Positions 31,702-41,838 of a stretch of DNA of 64,000 bases are shown in pieces. The notes below the pieces were generated by a model. The model was given only the letters and a program-made list of their open reading frames with translations. It ran no database searches and was not told where the DNA came from. A program made the translations under genes and the position numbers. Within the stretch, counting starts at the first letter, position 1, and each line of letters opens with the position of its first letter. This DNA is from Nitrospirota bacterium (lineage in GTDB: Bacteria; Nitrospirota; UBA9217). Where the stretch lies: contig CAWJQQ010000002.1 of assembly GCA_963845065.1 (NCBI GenBank), forward strand, positions 320,001-384,000, in the 5' to 3' direction.

Positions 31702-33648
31702 TTACGACAACTCTCCGAGATCGTATGGATTGGAGAGAGGTTCTAGGCAGATATTTTGGCTGCATGGGATAACGCGGTCAAGATTGTCCCCGTAAACGAT
31801 CGCTGCATACAATTTCCCTGTGAGAGCGCGGGCAGCGACGGCGAGATCGCTCCCCGGCGCTGCTTCAACTGTGAGTTTAAGCATTCGGTATGAAGCATCG
31901 AGGCTGCAGAAATAGGTTCCCGCATGCACACCGATTTCTCGCGCAAAACTGGCAAAAAGCCTGAGCGATTGCTCGCCAAGCAGCCGATATTCGTCGTTGC
32001 CGGTCATGAGGGACAGTTTCAGCAGCAGAAGAATGGCCAGAGCGTTTGCGGAGGAATGAGGAGTGTCCTCAATTTTCTTTAACCTCGTGTCCAGAACCTC
32101 GTTTTCCGTATCAAAGAAACCACCTTCACTCGGATCGAAGAACTTCTTGATGCATGATGCCATTAAATCATCAGCAAGGAGAAGATAGCGCTGCATGGCC
32201 GTTGCTGTGTAACCAGTAATGAGCGCGTCGATGAGGTGAACATAATCGTCGAGTCCTGCGGGAATGTCCGCTGCGTGCATCAGCACGTGGTCAATGAACC
32301 GGTCCTTCAAGATACGCTCCAGACTCTTCACGCCAAAGGCCTTCGCCTCTTCGTCGCCGAAAACGTTAAAAGCGTGGAAATAAGCGGCGATGAGCATGCC
32401 ATTCAGGGATGTATATAGGGTACGATCGACAAAGGGCATTACACGCTTTGACCTGGCTGAGAGCATTTTTTTCTTGCCGCTCACAATGATACGATGTGCG
32501 TCCTCGACGCTCTTTCCGAGACTTTTTGCAATCTCCTCAATAGGCTGTTCCTCGAATACGACCTTCTTTTCCGGATCATGGTGCATGCTCCCCTTTTCAT
32601 GCAGTAAATACACCGACAGGACGTCATACTCCTCCGGACCGAGAGCCGATCTCAAATCTTCATCGGTCCAGGTAAAGTACCCTCCTTCGTCATCAGGTGT
32701 CACATCGGCATCCTGGCTTGCATAGAACCCGCCGCGCGGATCAGACAGCACCTCACGGGTAAAAGCGATGATGTCCACTGCTATTTCGCGAAACTGTTCG
32801 TTTCCGAAAACTGCAAAAGCATCAGTATAATTTCTGAGGAGCCCCGCATTGTCATCAGCCATTTTTTCAAAGTGTGGTACTATCCACGACTCGTCTGTAG
32901 AATACCGATGAAATCCGCCTCCGAGGTGGTCGTGGAAACCTCCGCGCGCCATGGCACCTAGCATGCTGCGTGCAGCTTCGGTTGTCGCATGATCATTCTG
33001 TACGCGGGACCGCCGTATCAAGAACTCGAGAGCTCCGGGCATCGGGAACTTGGGGACCACACCGAACCCTCCGTGCTCATTATCGAATTGGGAAAGCAGT
33101 GCGCTTTCGGCTTCGCTTATCAGCTCCTCGCTAATGATGGACGGCTCAAGGGCTTTTGTCTTCAACGTGTCCATCACCCGCAGGGAGAATGACGCTGCAT
33201 CTGCATGCTTGGTTTTATAAAAATTACTCACGGCTGTAAGTACTTTCCTGAATCCCGGCCTTCCACCTTTGTCCTCGGGCGGGAAATAAGTCCCCCCGTA
33301 AAAAGGTTTTTTGTCCGGCATCAGGAACACGGAAAGCGGCCACCCATTATCGCTCCCCATGACAGCGACAGCTTGCTGATATCTTCGGTCAATGTCGGGC
33401 CGCTCATCACGGTCCAGTTTGATATTAATGTAGAGTTCATTCAGGAGCTGCGCAGTCTCATCCTCTTCAAATGATTCTTTCGCCATTACATGGCACCAGT
33501 GGCACCATGCGGCGCCCGTACTCAGAAACACGGGTTTATTCTCCCTGCGTGCGCGCTCGAATGCCTCATCGGACCATGGATACCACTCGATCTTCTGGTT
33601 TGCAGCGCGTTTGAGGTACGCCGATTTTTCATTTGCCAGTCTATTCAT
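31702..33648 (-). CDS. YyaL/SPATA20-like thioredoxin-domain glycoside-hydrolase-fold protein
   Basis: NRLA.E.S.YL, WCHWCHVMA.ESF, DRDERPDID, GGFHRYS, PHFEKM. Confidence 0.92.
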   Translation of the reverse strand: MNRLANEKSAYLKRAANQKIEWYPWSDEAFERARRENKPVFLSTGAAWCHWCHVMAKESFEEDETAQLLNELYINIKLDRDERPDIDRRYQQAVAVMGSDNGWPLSVFLMPDKKPFYGGTYFPPEDKGGRPGFRKVLTAVSNFYKTKHADAASFSLRVMDTLKTKALEPSIISEELISEAESALLSQFDNEHGGFGVVPKFPMPGALEFLIRRSRVQNDHATTEAARSMLGAMARGGFHDHLGGGFHRYSTDESWIVPHFEKMADDNAGLLRNYTDAFAVFGNEQFREIAVDIIAFTREVLSDPRGGFYASQDADVTPDDEGGYFTWTDEDLRSALGPEEYDVLSVYLLHEKGSMHHDPEKKVVFEEQPIEEIAKSLGKSVEDAHRIIVSGKKKMLSARSKRVMPFVDRTLYTSLNGMLIAAYFHAFNVFGDEEAKAFGVKSLERILKDRFIDHVLMHAADIPAGLDDYVHLIDALITGYTATAMQRYLLLADDLMASCIKKFFDPSEGGFFDTENEVLDTRLKKIEDTPHSSANALAILLLLKLSLMTGNDEYRLLGEQSLRLFASFAREIGVHAGTYFCSLDASYRMLKLTVEAAPGSDLAVAARALTGKLYAAIVYGDNLDRVIPCSQNICLEPLSNPYDLGELS

Positions 33649-33746
33649 ATCAGTTTTAAATATGCCTCAGATAAACTGAAACGCCTTGACAACCTGGAAG
33701 TAAGGTTGCCCGGTGTCTCTTAGTCGTTTCAACAATATTTTTTGAT

Positions 33747-34193
33747 TCAAAACGTCTTCGGGTCTTCGGGCGGGAGAGATGTTTCATCAAAAGGCATCAC
33801 GCCGAGCTGAACCATCACGTCATCGAAGTCCGTGAGAAGTTGCCGATACTCGTATCCCGGCATTTCTTCCTGTAAGGCACGTTCGGTAAGTCGATCGAAC
33901 GATTCGAAGTCAAAAACACCATCAAGCACGTGCGAACGTACGAGTGCAGCGTACAGCGTACTTTCCTTATTCAGGTCCGCATCATACCAGTTATAGAGGA
34001 GTGCTCGATGGTCTGGGTCTCCAATGTAGGATCTCATTGCTCCTTCAAGCGCATCATAAAGCGTCACGATCCCTGCAGCGATCTTACCCTCTCTCAACCT
34101 GCGTTTACCGCAGCGGATATGTAGCTGTGCGCGCAGGAGCGGCCCTTTTACTGGCCCGAGTTTTTTCTCGTCCATCAAACCAAAGTGTGGCAT
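33747..34193 (-). CDS. Hypothetical protein
   Basis: 148-aa ORF with GAGG RBS; MPHFGLMDE...LPPEDPKTF. Confidence 0.75.
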   Translation of the reverse strand: MPHFGLMDEKKLGPVKGPLLRAQLHIRCGKRRLREGKIAAGIVTLYDALEGAMRSYIGDPDHRALLYNWYDADLNKESTLYAALVRSHVLDGVFDFESFDRLTERALQEEMPGYEYRQLLTDFDDVMVQLGVMPFDETSLPPEDPKTF

Positions 34194-34458
34194 AAAACCT
34201 CGCGAACAATCACTCCAGGCTGTCTTCTGTCCATCTCCCGTGACCTTTCTTAAAGTATAGCACAGGAGAATAATGGAAAATTACCCTGTTGCATATTACA
34301 CCATGTGCAAGAGAGAAAAAATGGAGGCGATCATTACGAACGGCAACAATGTCTTGATTGAGGGAAGGGAAACAGGTGTAGCCGTCATTTTTGCTTTTCT
34401 TTGCCGATCCGTCTAGACGCGCAATATATCGGTTGCGACCGGCATCAAGACGGATATA

Positions 34459-34509
34459 TGGCGCACTCCCACCGCTAAAGCACGTGGGTTTCCCGCGCTA
34501 TCTTCCTAA
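34459..34509 (-). repeat. IS200/IS605-derived mini-element, TTAG family
   Basis: Minus strand TTAG|GAAGATAGCGCGGGAAACCCACGTGCTTTAGCGGTGGGAGTGCGCCA. Confidence 0.65.
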
Positions 34510-34619
34510 AAATTGATTGTCTTTGGGTGTTGTTACGAGTTGAAACTTGTGGATACTGGATGGGGTTTTGGCATTTTTGCAATTGCAGCGCAAACATGCC
34601 ACAATCGCTAAGTTCCCGA

Positions 34620-34670
34620 ACTCACCTCCATGGTTTAAAACCACGGACTTTCTGCGGATTTTCCGGTAAA
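34620..34670 (-). repeat. Mini-element related to the left end of the tnpB element (TTTAC family)
   Basis: Minus strand TTTAC|CGGAAAATCCGCAGAAAGTCCGTGGTTTTAAACCATGGAGGTGAG. Confidence 0.7.
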
Positions 34671-34674
34671 GCTC

Positions 34675-35958
34675 TTATGGCGACCACGCCGGTGATGTGT
34701 AATTGGCATCATTCGGTGTTATGCGTTCTATATCGCTGCCGTCCGCATTCATGATGTAGAGGTTGGATTTTCCTTCGCGGTTCGAGCTAAAAAGGATTTG
34801 CCTTCCCGAAGCCGACCAACAAGGGTTTTCATCGCTGCCTGGGCCACTCGTCAGGATGCGATAATCTGACCCGTCAGGGCTCACGGTCGCGATTTTGAAT
34901 AAGCCCTGGATCAGCGTCACGAACACAATCCGGTCTCCGCGCGATGACCAATTCGGAGACGCATTGTAGTTTCCTTCAAACGTGATTCTGCGGACATCGG
35001 TTCCATCGGATCCCATAATGTACACTTGCGGTGTCCCTGCCCTGCCCGATGTAAAGGCGATTTCCCTTCCGTTCGGCGCCCATGCAGGAGACACATTGTC
35101 GAACGCCCCGTAGGTGAGCCGCTCCAGGTCGTTCCCATTCTGGCTCATGGTGTAGATTTCCGTGCCATTGTCCTTTGTCAAGGCCAACGCAAGACGATTC
35201 CCGTTCGGCGACCACGAAGGTGAGATGTTCAGGCCTGCGCTACCGGATATTTTCCACCGCTTGCCGGTATCCATGTTAAGTCCGTAGAGATCAGGGTTCT
35301 TGTCGCGGTAGGACACGTAGGCGAGTACTTTGCCATCGGGGCTCCAGGCCGGTGACAGGCAGATGGAGCGATCCGCCGTAATCCGCATCGGATTCTGGCC
35401 GTCATAGTCCATGACGTACAGTTCTTTGAATCGAGTCTTGTCCGACACGTAGGCAATTCGGGTTTGTGCTATACCACGCTCACCCGTATACCGAAATACG
35501 ATTTCGTCGGCGAAGGCATGGACCATACGCCGAAAGGTTTCTTCGTTGCCAAAATACGCCTTATTCGAGATGCGCATTCCCGATGCGGCATCAAAGAGCA
35601 TTCCCTGCAGCACGAGGTCCTTGTCCTTTCTTTGGAGTTTTACCCAGACCACGCCGGTCAAGCCGAAGGTACCACAACGTTTGATTACATCACCTGCCGG
35701 CTCTGTTTTGCCCTCGTAGACCACATCCAGCTTTTTCGGGTCCATGACGTCAAATATCTGGGAACGGCGGAGATCATCCTGTAAAACGTTAAGGGCCAAG
35801 GCGCGAAGCGCGGACGATCCTATATCATCGTACACATCGAGCACCGCAATAGGGATCTTCTTGCTTTCTCCCTGAACGACCCCGAGGTAGTACTGAGCAG
35901 ATACTGGCGTGCTCATGAGAGCGCAGATTAATATAGAGGTTATAAGACGTTTCATCAT
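34675..35958 (-). CDS. tolB: Tol-Pal system protein TolB
   Basis: Signal peptide, H.FAD.I...TG..G...TRIAYV, repeated SP.WSPDG (PD40) propeller blades. Confidence 0.93.
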   Translation of the reverse strand: MMKRLITSILICALMSTPVSAQYYLGVVQGESKKIPIAVLDVYDDIGSSALRALALNVLQDDLRRSQIFDVMDPKKLDVVYEGKTEPAGDVIKRCGTFGLTGVVWVKLQRKDKDLVLQGMLFDAASGMRISNKAYFGNEETFRRMVHAFADEIVFRYTGERGIAQTRIAYVSDKTRFKELYVMDYDGQNPMRITADRSICLSPAWSPDGKVLAYVSYRDKNPDLYGLNMDTGKRWKISGSAGLNISPSWSPNGNRLALALTKDNGTEIYTMSQNGNDLERLTYGAFDNVSPAWAPNGREIAFTSGRAGTPQVYIMGSDGTDVRRITFEGNYNASPNWSSRGDRIVFVTLIQGLFKIATVSPDGSDYRILTSGPGSDENPCWSASGRQILFSSNREGKSNLYIMNADGSDIERITPNDANYTSPAWSP

Positions 35959-36045
35959 GATAATAATTAGGGGGTCAGAAGTCGGCATCAGAAAAATTCA
36001 TGCCCGTTAAAAAATTACGCTTGACCCGTGCACATTGACCGATAG

Positions 36046-36771
36046 TTATTCCGCCATTAGATCGACGCTGAACTCCAATGACTGCTTTCCAAACTCTTCC
36101 GGCAATGGTGGAAAGGGGTTCGATGATTGAATCGCCCGTATCGCCGCCTGAATAAATATCGTAGAGCCATTTGAATGATCCGTATCGATATTCACACCTA
36201 ATACCCAGCCTGATCTGTTAATTGAAAATATGACCCTGGCCATCGCATCCTTAGCATCTGGCGGAGGTCTCCAATTCTGTCCTATCTTATCTTTGACACT
36301 ATTGAGATACCATAAATATTTAAATTCCTCCTGCGTTGTCGGTAATGAAACACCTTCGGTCTTCGCCGCTGACTTCTGTGACTGCGCTTCGGCCGGTTCT
36401 GAAGGTTTTATTTCTTCGGGCTTCGGTTTCTGTTTTTGGTTGGAAATTTCGGGCATTGCATTTTTTTTTGCGGTTGTACTGGCTACCTTGAGAGTTGCCT
36501 TTATTGTCTTTTTCGGTTCTGCCTTTCTTTCCTCCCTCGGTGTCGGCGGAGGAAGCGGAGCAGTTTGCCGGACTGGTGTCGGCGCGATATCCGCCGGCAG
36601 CCCTACAAGCTTCACGTTATAGAACGGAAGTACAGATACTCTTGGGGACGCTACACTGTAGATGAATAGCGCGGCGGCTACAATGGCAGCGTGGATGAAG
36701 AAAGAAAAGAAGACCGCAAGCAACAGTTCGTAGCCTGACTGCCCGATCCTCTTCCCGGAAAGCAGCTTCAT
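36046..36771 (-). CDS. tolA: TolA/TonB C-terminal domain protein
   Basis: N-terminal TM with SxxxH, Pro/Lys-rich linker, NW.PP...PFPPLP C-domain; position within tolQR-x-tolB. Confidence 0.75.
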   Translation of the reverse strand: MKLLSGKRIGQSGYELLLAVFFSFFIHAAIVAAALFIYSVASPRVSVLPFYNVKLVGLPADIAPTPVRQTAPLPPPTPREERKAEPKKTIKATLKVASTTAKKNAMPEISNQKQKPKPEEIKPSEPAEAQSQKSAAKTEGVSLPTTQEEFKYLWYLNSVKDKIGQNWRPPPDAKDAMARVIFSINRSGWVLGVNIDTDHSNGSTIFIQAAIRAIQSSNPFPPLPEEFGKQSLEFSVDLMAE

Positions 36772-37187
36772 TTACCGGTCTCGCCCCCGGATGCGGCTTC
36801 GGTCACCATCCCGAGCCGATCAATACCCGCCCGTTTCACCACGTCCATAACCTGCACTACCGCACCGTAGGGTGCATCTTTGTCCGCCCTAAGATACACA
36901 TTGATGAGCGGCTTCGTTTTACGAATAGAGTCAAGCACCTCTTTCAACTTTGCGATGTTCACCCGCTCTTTTTCAACGAAGACCTCCTGGGCACGGGTGA
37001 CCGTCAGCACGATACGGTCCTCGGGCTTGACCGTGTTGGCTTCGGACTTGGGAAGGTTCACGTCCAGCCCCCTACTCATCATGGGAGAGACGATCATGTA
37101 AAAAAAGAGGATCGTCAGCAGCACGTCGATGAGCGGCACCAGGTTCAACTCGCGGATAATATGCCGTTCCCGCCTCTCGAAGCTCAT
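36768..37187 (-). CDS. tolR: TolR/ExbD
   Basis: LNLVPLIDV, VNLPK, LRADK..PYG.VV.VMD. Confidence 0.88.
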   Translation of the reverse strand: MSFERRERHIIRELNLVPLIDVLLTILFFYMIVSPMMSRGLDVNLPKSEANTVKPEDRIVLTVTRAQEVFVEKERVNIAKLKEVLDSIRKTKPLINVYLRADKDAPYGAVVQVMDVVKRAGIDRLGMVTEAASGGETGK

Positions 37188-37900
37188 AACTTCCTCCGGA
37201 GGAGGTTTCGCTCGAGATAGCTCAGAAACTCCATTGAAAAGGAATCACATCGGATCGCAATATCACGGATTTTATCAGCGAAATAATTGTATGCAATGAC
37301 AGCGGGAATCGCCACGAACAGTCCCGAGATAGTGTTGATCAGCGCCGCTGCAAGACCCGGGGCCAGGGCACCGATATCACCGGTACCCTTGAGACCGATG
37401 CCATAAAAGGCGTCCATAATTCCCCAGACAGTGCCGAACAGTCCCAGGAGTGGGCCTACGGTCCCCGTAGTGCCCAGGAACGCTAGATAGCGCTCCATGT
37501 ACACAATCTCGTCCTGCGTCGTGATCTTAAGCGAGCGCTCGATTTCCTGGGAGATGAGCGGCCGTTCGTCGTCGGTCACATGGCCATCGGGGAGGCTCTT
37601 GATGATGGACTCGGCCTCGCGGTATCCCTCGACAAAGAGCGTTGCCAGGGGGCTGAACTTATTCGTTTCAGCTTGTTTCAAAAGTTCCTGTATGTTCTTG
37701 GTCTTCCGGTAAGTCTGAAGGAAGGAATGGGATTCCTTCTCTGCCCTTCGTAGGAATTGGTACTTGAGCAGGATCATGGCCCAGGATACAATTGAAAACC
37801 CCATTAGGATGAAAACAATTCCCTTGCCGACCCATCCGGACTCGCCGAAGAGACCGAGCGCTCCCGTGCCCAGACCGGGCATCGCACTTATTGCCAACAT
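37184..37900 (-). CDS. tolQ: TolQ/ExbB proton channel
   Basis: SIVSW, PLLGLFGTVWGIM, APGLA.AL..T..GL.VAIPAVIAYN. Confidence 0.9.
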   Translation of the reverse strand: MLAISAMPGLGTGALGLFGESGWVGKGIVFILMGFSIVSWAMILLKYQFLRRAEKESHSFLQTYRKTKNIQELLKQAETNKFSPLATLFVEGYREAESIIKSLPDGHVTDDERPLISQEIERSLKITTQDEIVYMERYLAFLGTTGTVGPLLGLFGTVWGIMDAFYGIGLKGTGDIGALAPGLAAALINTISGLFVAIPAVIAYNYFADKIRDIAIRCDSFSMEFLSYLERNLLRRKL

Positions 37901-38045
37901 TTATGATACCTCCGGATATATAAAAAATAAATAATTTTGTCATTGAGCGCAGAGGACACGACTTTAATCTCTTGCTCCGCTACTATTCCCGTCCATCTCT
38001 GCGACCTCTATAAGTAAATAATTTTTTGCTTTGTTCTTCGTTTTC

Positions 38046-39992
38046 TTAAGGGATAGCAATAACGTTTCCCATCTCCGAAATATCATAGCCCCCCATGGAC
38101 ACGATCTGATCCCGGAATTCTTTGTCCTTACGAATGATGGCCAGCAACGCCTGCATCATGGGTAAATCGTAGAACTCTTGCATGATTGCCAGATCATACC
38201 GTTCCTGTGCCACAGGGATGAAATCCAATTGAAGCGCCTGGGCTGCAGAGAGTACGGCGAGCCCCGTATCGGCTGCGCCGGAGAGAACGGCAGCAGCCAC
38301 GGCCATGTGAGTAAATTCCTCGTGATCATACCCTTTTACGTTTCTCGGGTCAATCCTTAATCGTTTGAGATATAGGTCAGTGAGGAGACGCGTCCCAGCG
38401 CCCGCCTGTCGGTTCACAAAGACCACGTCTTTGCGCCTAAGGTCTTCGAATCCTTTGATGCCCTTCGGATTGCCCCGGGGAACGATGAAGCCCTGAGTCC
38501 TGTACACGAGGTTAATGAGCACGGTTTTCTGGTTAGGTAGCAGTTTTTTGATAAAGCTCACATTATATTCCCCCGTTTCCTCATCAAGAAGATGGGTTCC
38601 AGCGAGATGGGCCTCCCTGCGCTTCAGCGCCAACAGTCCGCCCATGCTTCCCACATGGGCGGAAGAGAGCGAAAACTGGGAATTTTTTTTCTTGAGGAAG
38701 TTCGCGAGCACGTCGAGCACATTGTCGTGCGAGCCAATACAGACGATAGTGTTCTCGATATCGTGGGGGGGGCGAAGCAATTCAACCGCAACCTCGTGGT
38801 TTGATGCAATCCCCTCGCTCTGGGCCGGTACGCGAATGATGCCGTCAGCGCGTACGAGCGACATGAGCGCCCCGGCACCCCGAGTCACAGGTGTGGCGAT
38901 CAAGTTCCCTGCGACGCTTCCGAGCTTGACGCGGATGAATTCCTCCAGCCCAAGCGGTGAGGCCACTTGACGGCTCAGCTTTGCTGTGACCGTTCCCGGA
39001 TCGGGAGGCGTAACGCCAAGGAAAGCGTAGATAAGCGTTTTCACGAAAAGATTGAATGTGAGAGCTGCTGAGACCGGGTAGCCTGGAATGCCTACGGCCG
39101 GTTTCCCTTTCACGATGCCCAGGATTACCGGCTTGCCGGGTTTGATAGCGACACCGTGTACAATGACGTTGCCAAGCTCGGCAATCACGTCAGCGGTAAA
39201 ATCCTCTCTCCCTGCTGACGAACCAGCGTTGATCACGACGATATCAGAGTCAGCGAGAGAATCCAGAATCGTCCTTCTCAGGAGAGCGGCATCGTCCTTG
39301 ACAATATTCTTACGAATCGCATGGGCGCCGCACTCGCTCACCATCGCGGACAGCATGGTAGAGTTAAAATCGATGATATCACCCTTTTTTGGTACGCTGC
39401 CCGGTTCGACAAGCTCTGTTCCCGTGGGGATGATCGAAACAACAGGTCTGCGTCGCACCTTGACCGAGGTATTCCCGCTCGCAACCATAGCGGCCATGTC
39501 GACATGACGGACCACATGGTTCTCGGGGATGATTAGCTCCGTGGCAACGATGTCCTCGCCTACAAGCCGCACATGCTGCCATGGAGTGGATGACTTTAGA
39601 ATTTCGATCTCTGAATCAGAAACTTTTTCCACGTCCTCGATCATAATGACGGCGTTGAATTCATCGGGCATTGGGTCACCGGTGTCGATTGCAACGGCTT
39701 CAGTCGGGACGTTGAGGCGTTTGGGCCTTGTTTCGGTAGCACCAATGGTGTCGGTGAATCTGACGGCATAACCATCCATAGCAGCGGAATGGTAAAATGG
39801 TGACGAGATTTTCGCGATCACGGCATCGGACGTAACCCGGCCAAGCGCATCGCTTACCGGTATGCTCTCTCCTGCAAGCTGACCGCCGATATTGGCGGTC
39901 TTGAGCGCTTCGTGGTATTTCCGGATAGCATCGGCGAGCGGTTCGTTATCCAGATATTTTTTTTGTTTAAATGCCATTTTGCTTGTGCTCAA
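38046..39992 (-). CDS. MoeA fused to a PBP/LysR-substrate-binding domain
   Basis: AAMDGYAV, IPTG.EL, GSSAG..D, KPGKP, then GSHD, GSMGGL, NRQ.GAGTR. Confidence 0.92.
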   Translation of the reverse strand: MSTSKMAFKQKKYLDNEPLADAIRKYHEALKTANIGGQLAGESIPVSDALGRVTSDAVIAKISSPFYHSAAMDGYAVRFTDTIGATETRPKRLNVPTEAVAIDTGDPMPDEFNAVIMIEDVEKVSDSEIEILKSSTPWQHVRLVGEDIVATELIIPENHVVRHVDMAAMVASGNTSVKVRRRPVVSIIPTGTELVEPGSVPKKGDIIDFNSTMLSAMVSECGAHAIRKNIVKDDAALLRRTILDSLADSDIVVINAGSSAGREDFTADVIAELGNVIVHGVAIKPGKPVILGIVKGKPAVGIPGYPVSAALTFNLFVKTLIYAFLGVTPPDPGTVTAKLSRQVASPLGLEEFIRVKLGSVAGNLIATPVTRGAGALMSLVRADGIIRVPAQSEGIASNHEVAVELLRPPHDIENTIVCIGSHDNVLDVLANFLKKKNSQFSLSSAHVGSMGGLLALKRREAHLAGTHLLDEETGEYNVSFIKKLLPNQKTVLINLVYRTQGFIVPRGNPKGIKGFEDLRRKDVVFVNRQAGAGTRLLTDLYLKRLRIDPRNVKGYDHEEFTHMAVAAAVLSGAADTGLAVLSAAQALQLDFIPVAQERYDLAIMQEFYDLPMMQALLAIIRKDKEFRDQIVSMGGYDISEMGNVIAIP

Positions 39993-40031
39993 TTCGATCC
40001 AACCTCAAACTAGTGAGGCGAAGTTGGTTAT

Positions 40032-40414
40032 CGTGCCTAGCCAAGAAGACCCCCACCAAACTACGTTTTGGTCGGGGATGAATTGGTGCTTTTGCTATCT
40101 AGCGGCAACTGAACACTTGATAACCAGTAACAGTTTGCTGAAATAGGAATCAGTTCTTTGACATTCAGTATAGAGTTGGCACCATTATTTGGGTGGTACG
40201 TAAAACTGATTTCAATACCTCAACATGCTGATCTGTAATTTGACAGGTTCTAAGATTGTAACATAGAACGATACGGACAACATGTAAATCACAACCGAGT
40301 TTACGAGAGGAAACTCTCGTAAGTGACACTGCCTCTTTCAAGCCGTTGGCTGACCCTAATAAGGAACCACCTTTTTGGAAGTCCCAACCAATATTTGGTT
40401 GCGGGAGCATTCAC
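40032..40414 (+). mobile_element. Protein-free IS200/IS605-like element, copy B (structured ncRNA candidate)
   Basis: Diverged copy of 30520-30904 inserted between two moeA genes; follows TTAT, ends GGGAGCATTCAC. Confidence 0.8.
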
Positions 40415-40454
40415 TGTTTCTCTCCGTATCTCTGTGACCAATCGGTGAAATGCT

Positions 40455-41735
40455 CTAAAACAGCCGAACTTCCACCTCTTCACCCACTTCAATGCCTATT
40501 TTTTTTACCGGCACAACCACAGTGCCCACCGCCTTGACCAGCGTGCTAATAAGCCCTGAGGCCCCGAAAATGGGCCGAGCCCAAAGCCCGTCGTCCCGTT
40601 TTTCAAGTGCTACACGAACATGATCCTCGCGTCCGGGGCTGGAAGAAATGCTTCGTGCTAGGCGCGCCCTGACTATGCGATAGGAGGTTACATTTTCAAG
40701 TGCAGCATCAATGATCTCGCCTGTCAGACGGGAGAGTATTGGCCTTACAAAAAGGTCGAAGCAGATACTGACCGCGGCCGGGTGGCCGGGCAATCCGAAG
40801 ATGGGGACTTGGCCATGGGATGACCCTACGAGCCCGACGACAAGAGGTTTGCCAGGTTTGATCGATACGCCGTGCACCAGTACACCGGGCTGGCCTGCGC
40901 CATTTATCACTTTTGCTGTAAGATCAGCGGTGCCGACCGAACTTCCGCCGGTCATCAGGACAAGAGCGCTATCATTGATCGCTACTTCGAGGGTTTTCCG
41001 CAGGCTTTCATGCTCATCACGGATAATGCCCTTCTTCACCGGTACGCCGTAGAATTGAGTTATCAGACCTTCCAAATTATAAGAATTGCTGTCTCGAATC
41101 TGGCCCGGTGCCGGAACCGTGTTTGCGGATACAATCTCATTCCCTGTGGAAATGATGGCTACTTTCGGTTTTGTGAAAACTTTGACGATCGTGATGCCGA
41201 CGCTCGCGAGTGCCGACATGTCCTGAGGACGTATGCGGTGCCCCTTGCTCAGGATGTTCTCGTTTTTTTTGATGTCCTCTCCGGCCTGGACGACATTTTC
41301 CAGCGGAGCAACGGACTTCACTACTTCGATGTTCTCGGCATCGACGGCCTGGGTCTGTTCGAACATCACGACAGCATCGGCGCCGTTTGGCAGTGCGCCG
41401 CCCGTGGCGATCTTCATGGCTTCACCTTTGACAAGGGTGCGATCCGGCATCGTCCCCATGAGTATGTCGCCTACGACATGAAGAAAAGCCGGCCGTGATT
41501 CTGCAGCGCCAAAAGTGTCGGAGCTATTGACCGCATATCCATCCATGGTGGAGCGGTCAAACTGGGGAAGGTCTGAAGGAGAGGTAATATCATTCGCGAG
41601 GACACGGCTCAGGGCGGAGCTGATGGAGACCTCTTCGGTGTCAAGGTCAGGTAGGACAAATTGCTCGCTCAGAATCATAAGTGCTTTCTCGCGGGTAACT
41701 ACTCCGCTCCTGCCAAGCATGTCTTTAACGGTCAT
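40455..41735 (-). CDS. moeA: Molybdopterin molybdotransferase MoeA
   Basis: P.FDRSTMDGYAV, IATG..LP.GADAVV, STGNE, GGSSVG..D, GLPGHP. Confidence 0.93.
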   Translation of the reverse strand: MTVKDMLGRSGVVTREKALMILSEQFVLPDLDTEEVSISSALSRVLANDITSPSDLPQFDRSTMDGYAVNSSDTFGAAESRPAFLHVVGDILMGTMPDRTLVKGEAMKIATGGALPNGADAVVMFEQTQAVDAENIEVVKSVAPLENVVQAGEDIKKNENILSKGHRIRPQDMSALASVGITIVKVFTKPKVAIISTGNEIVSANTVPAPGQIRDSNSYNLEGLITQFYGVPVKKGIIRDEHESLRKTLEVAINDSALVLMTGGSSVGTADLTAKVINGAGQPGVLVHGVSIKPGKPLVVGLVGSSHGQVPIFGLPGHPAAVSICFDLFVRPILSRLTGEIIDAALENVTSYRIVRARLARSISSSPGREDHVRVALEKRDDGLWARPIFGASGLISTLVKAVGTVVVPVKKIGIEVGEEVEVRLF

Positions 41736-41838
41736 ACATTACCCCACGATGGAACAAATAGCCGTCAAGGTGCATGGTACTTGAAGATTTCTCTTGCGAC
41801 CAGAACACCCTGGCGGTTCGTCTTTTTGTATGAAGGAC

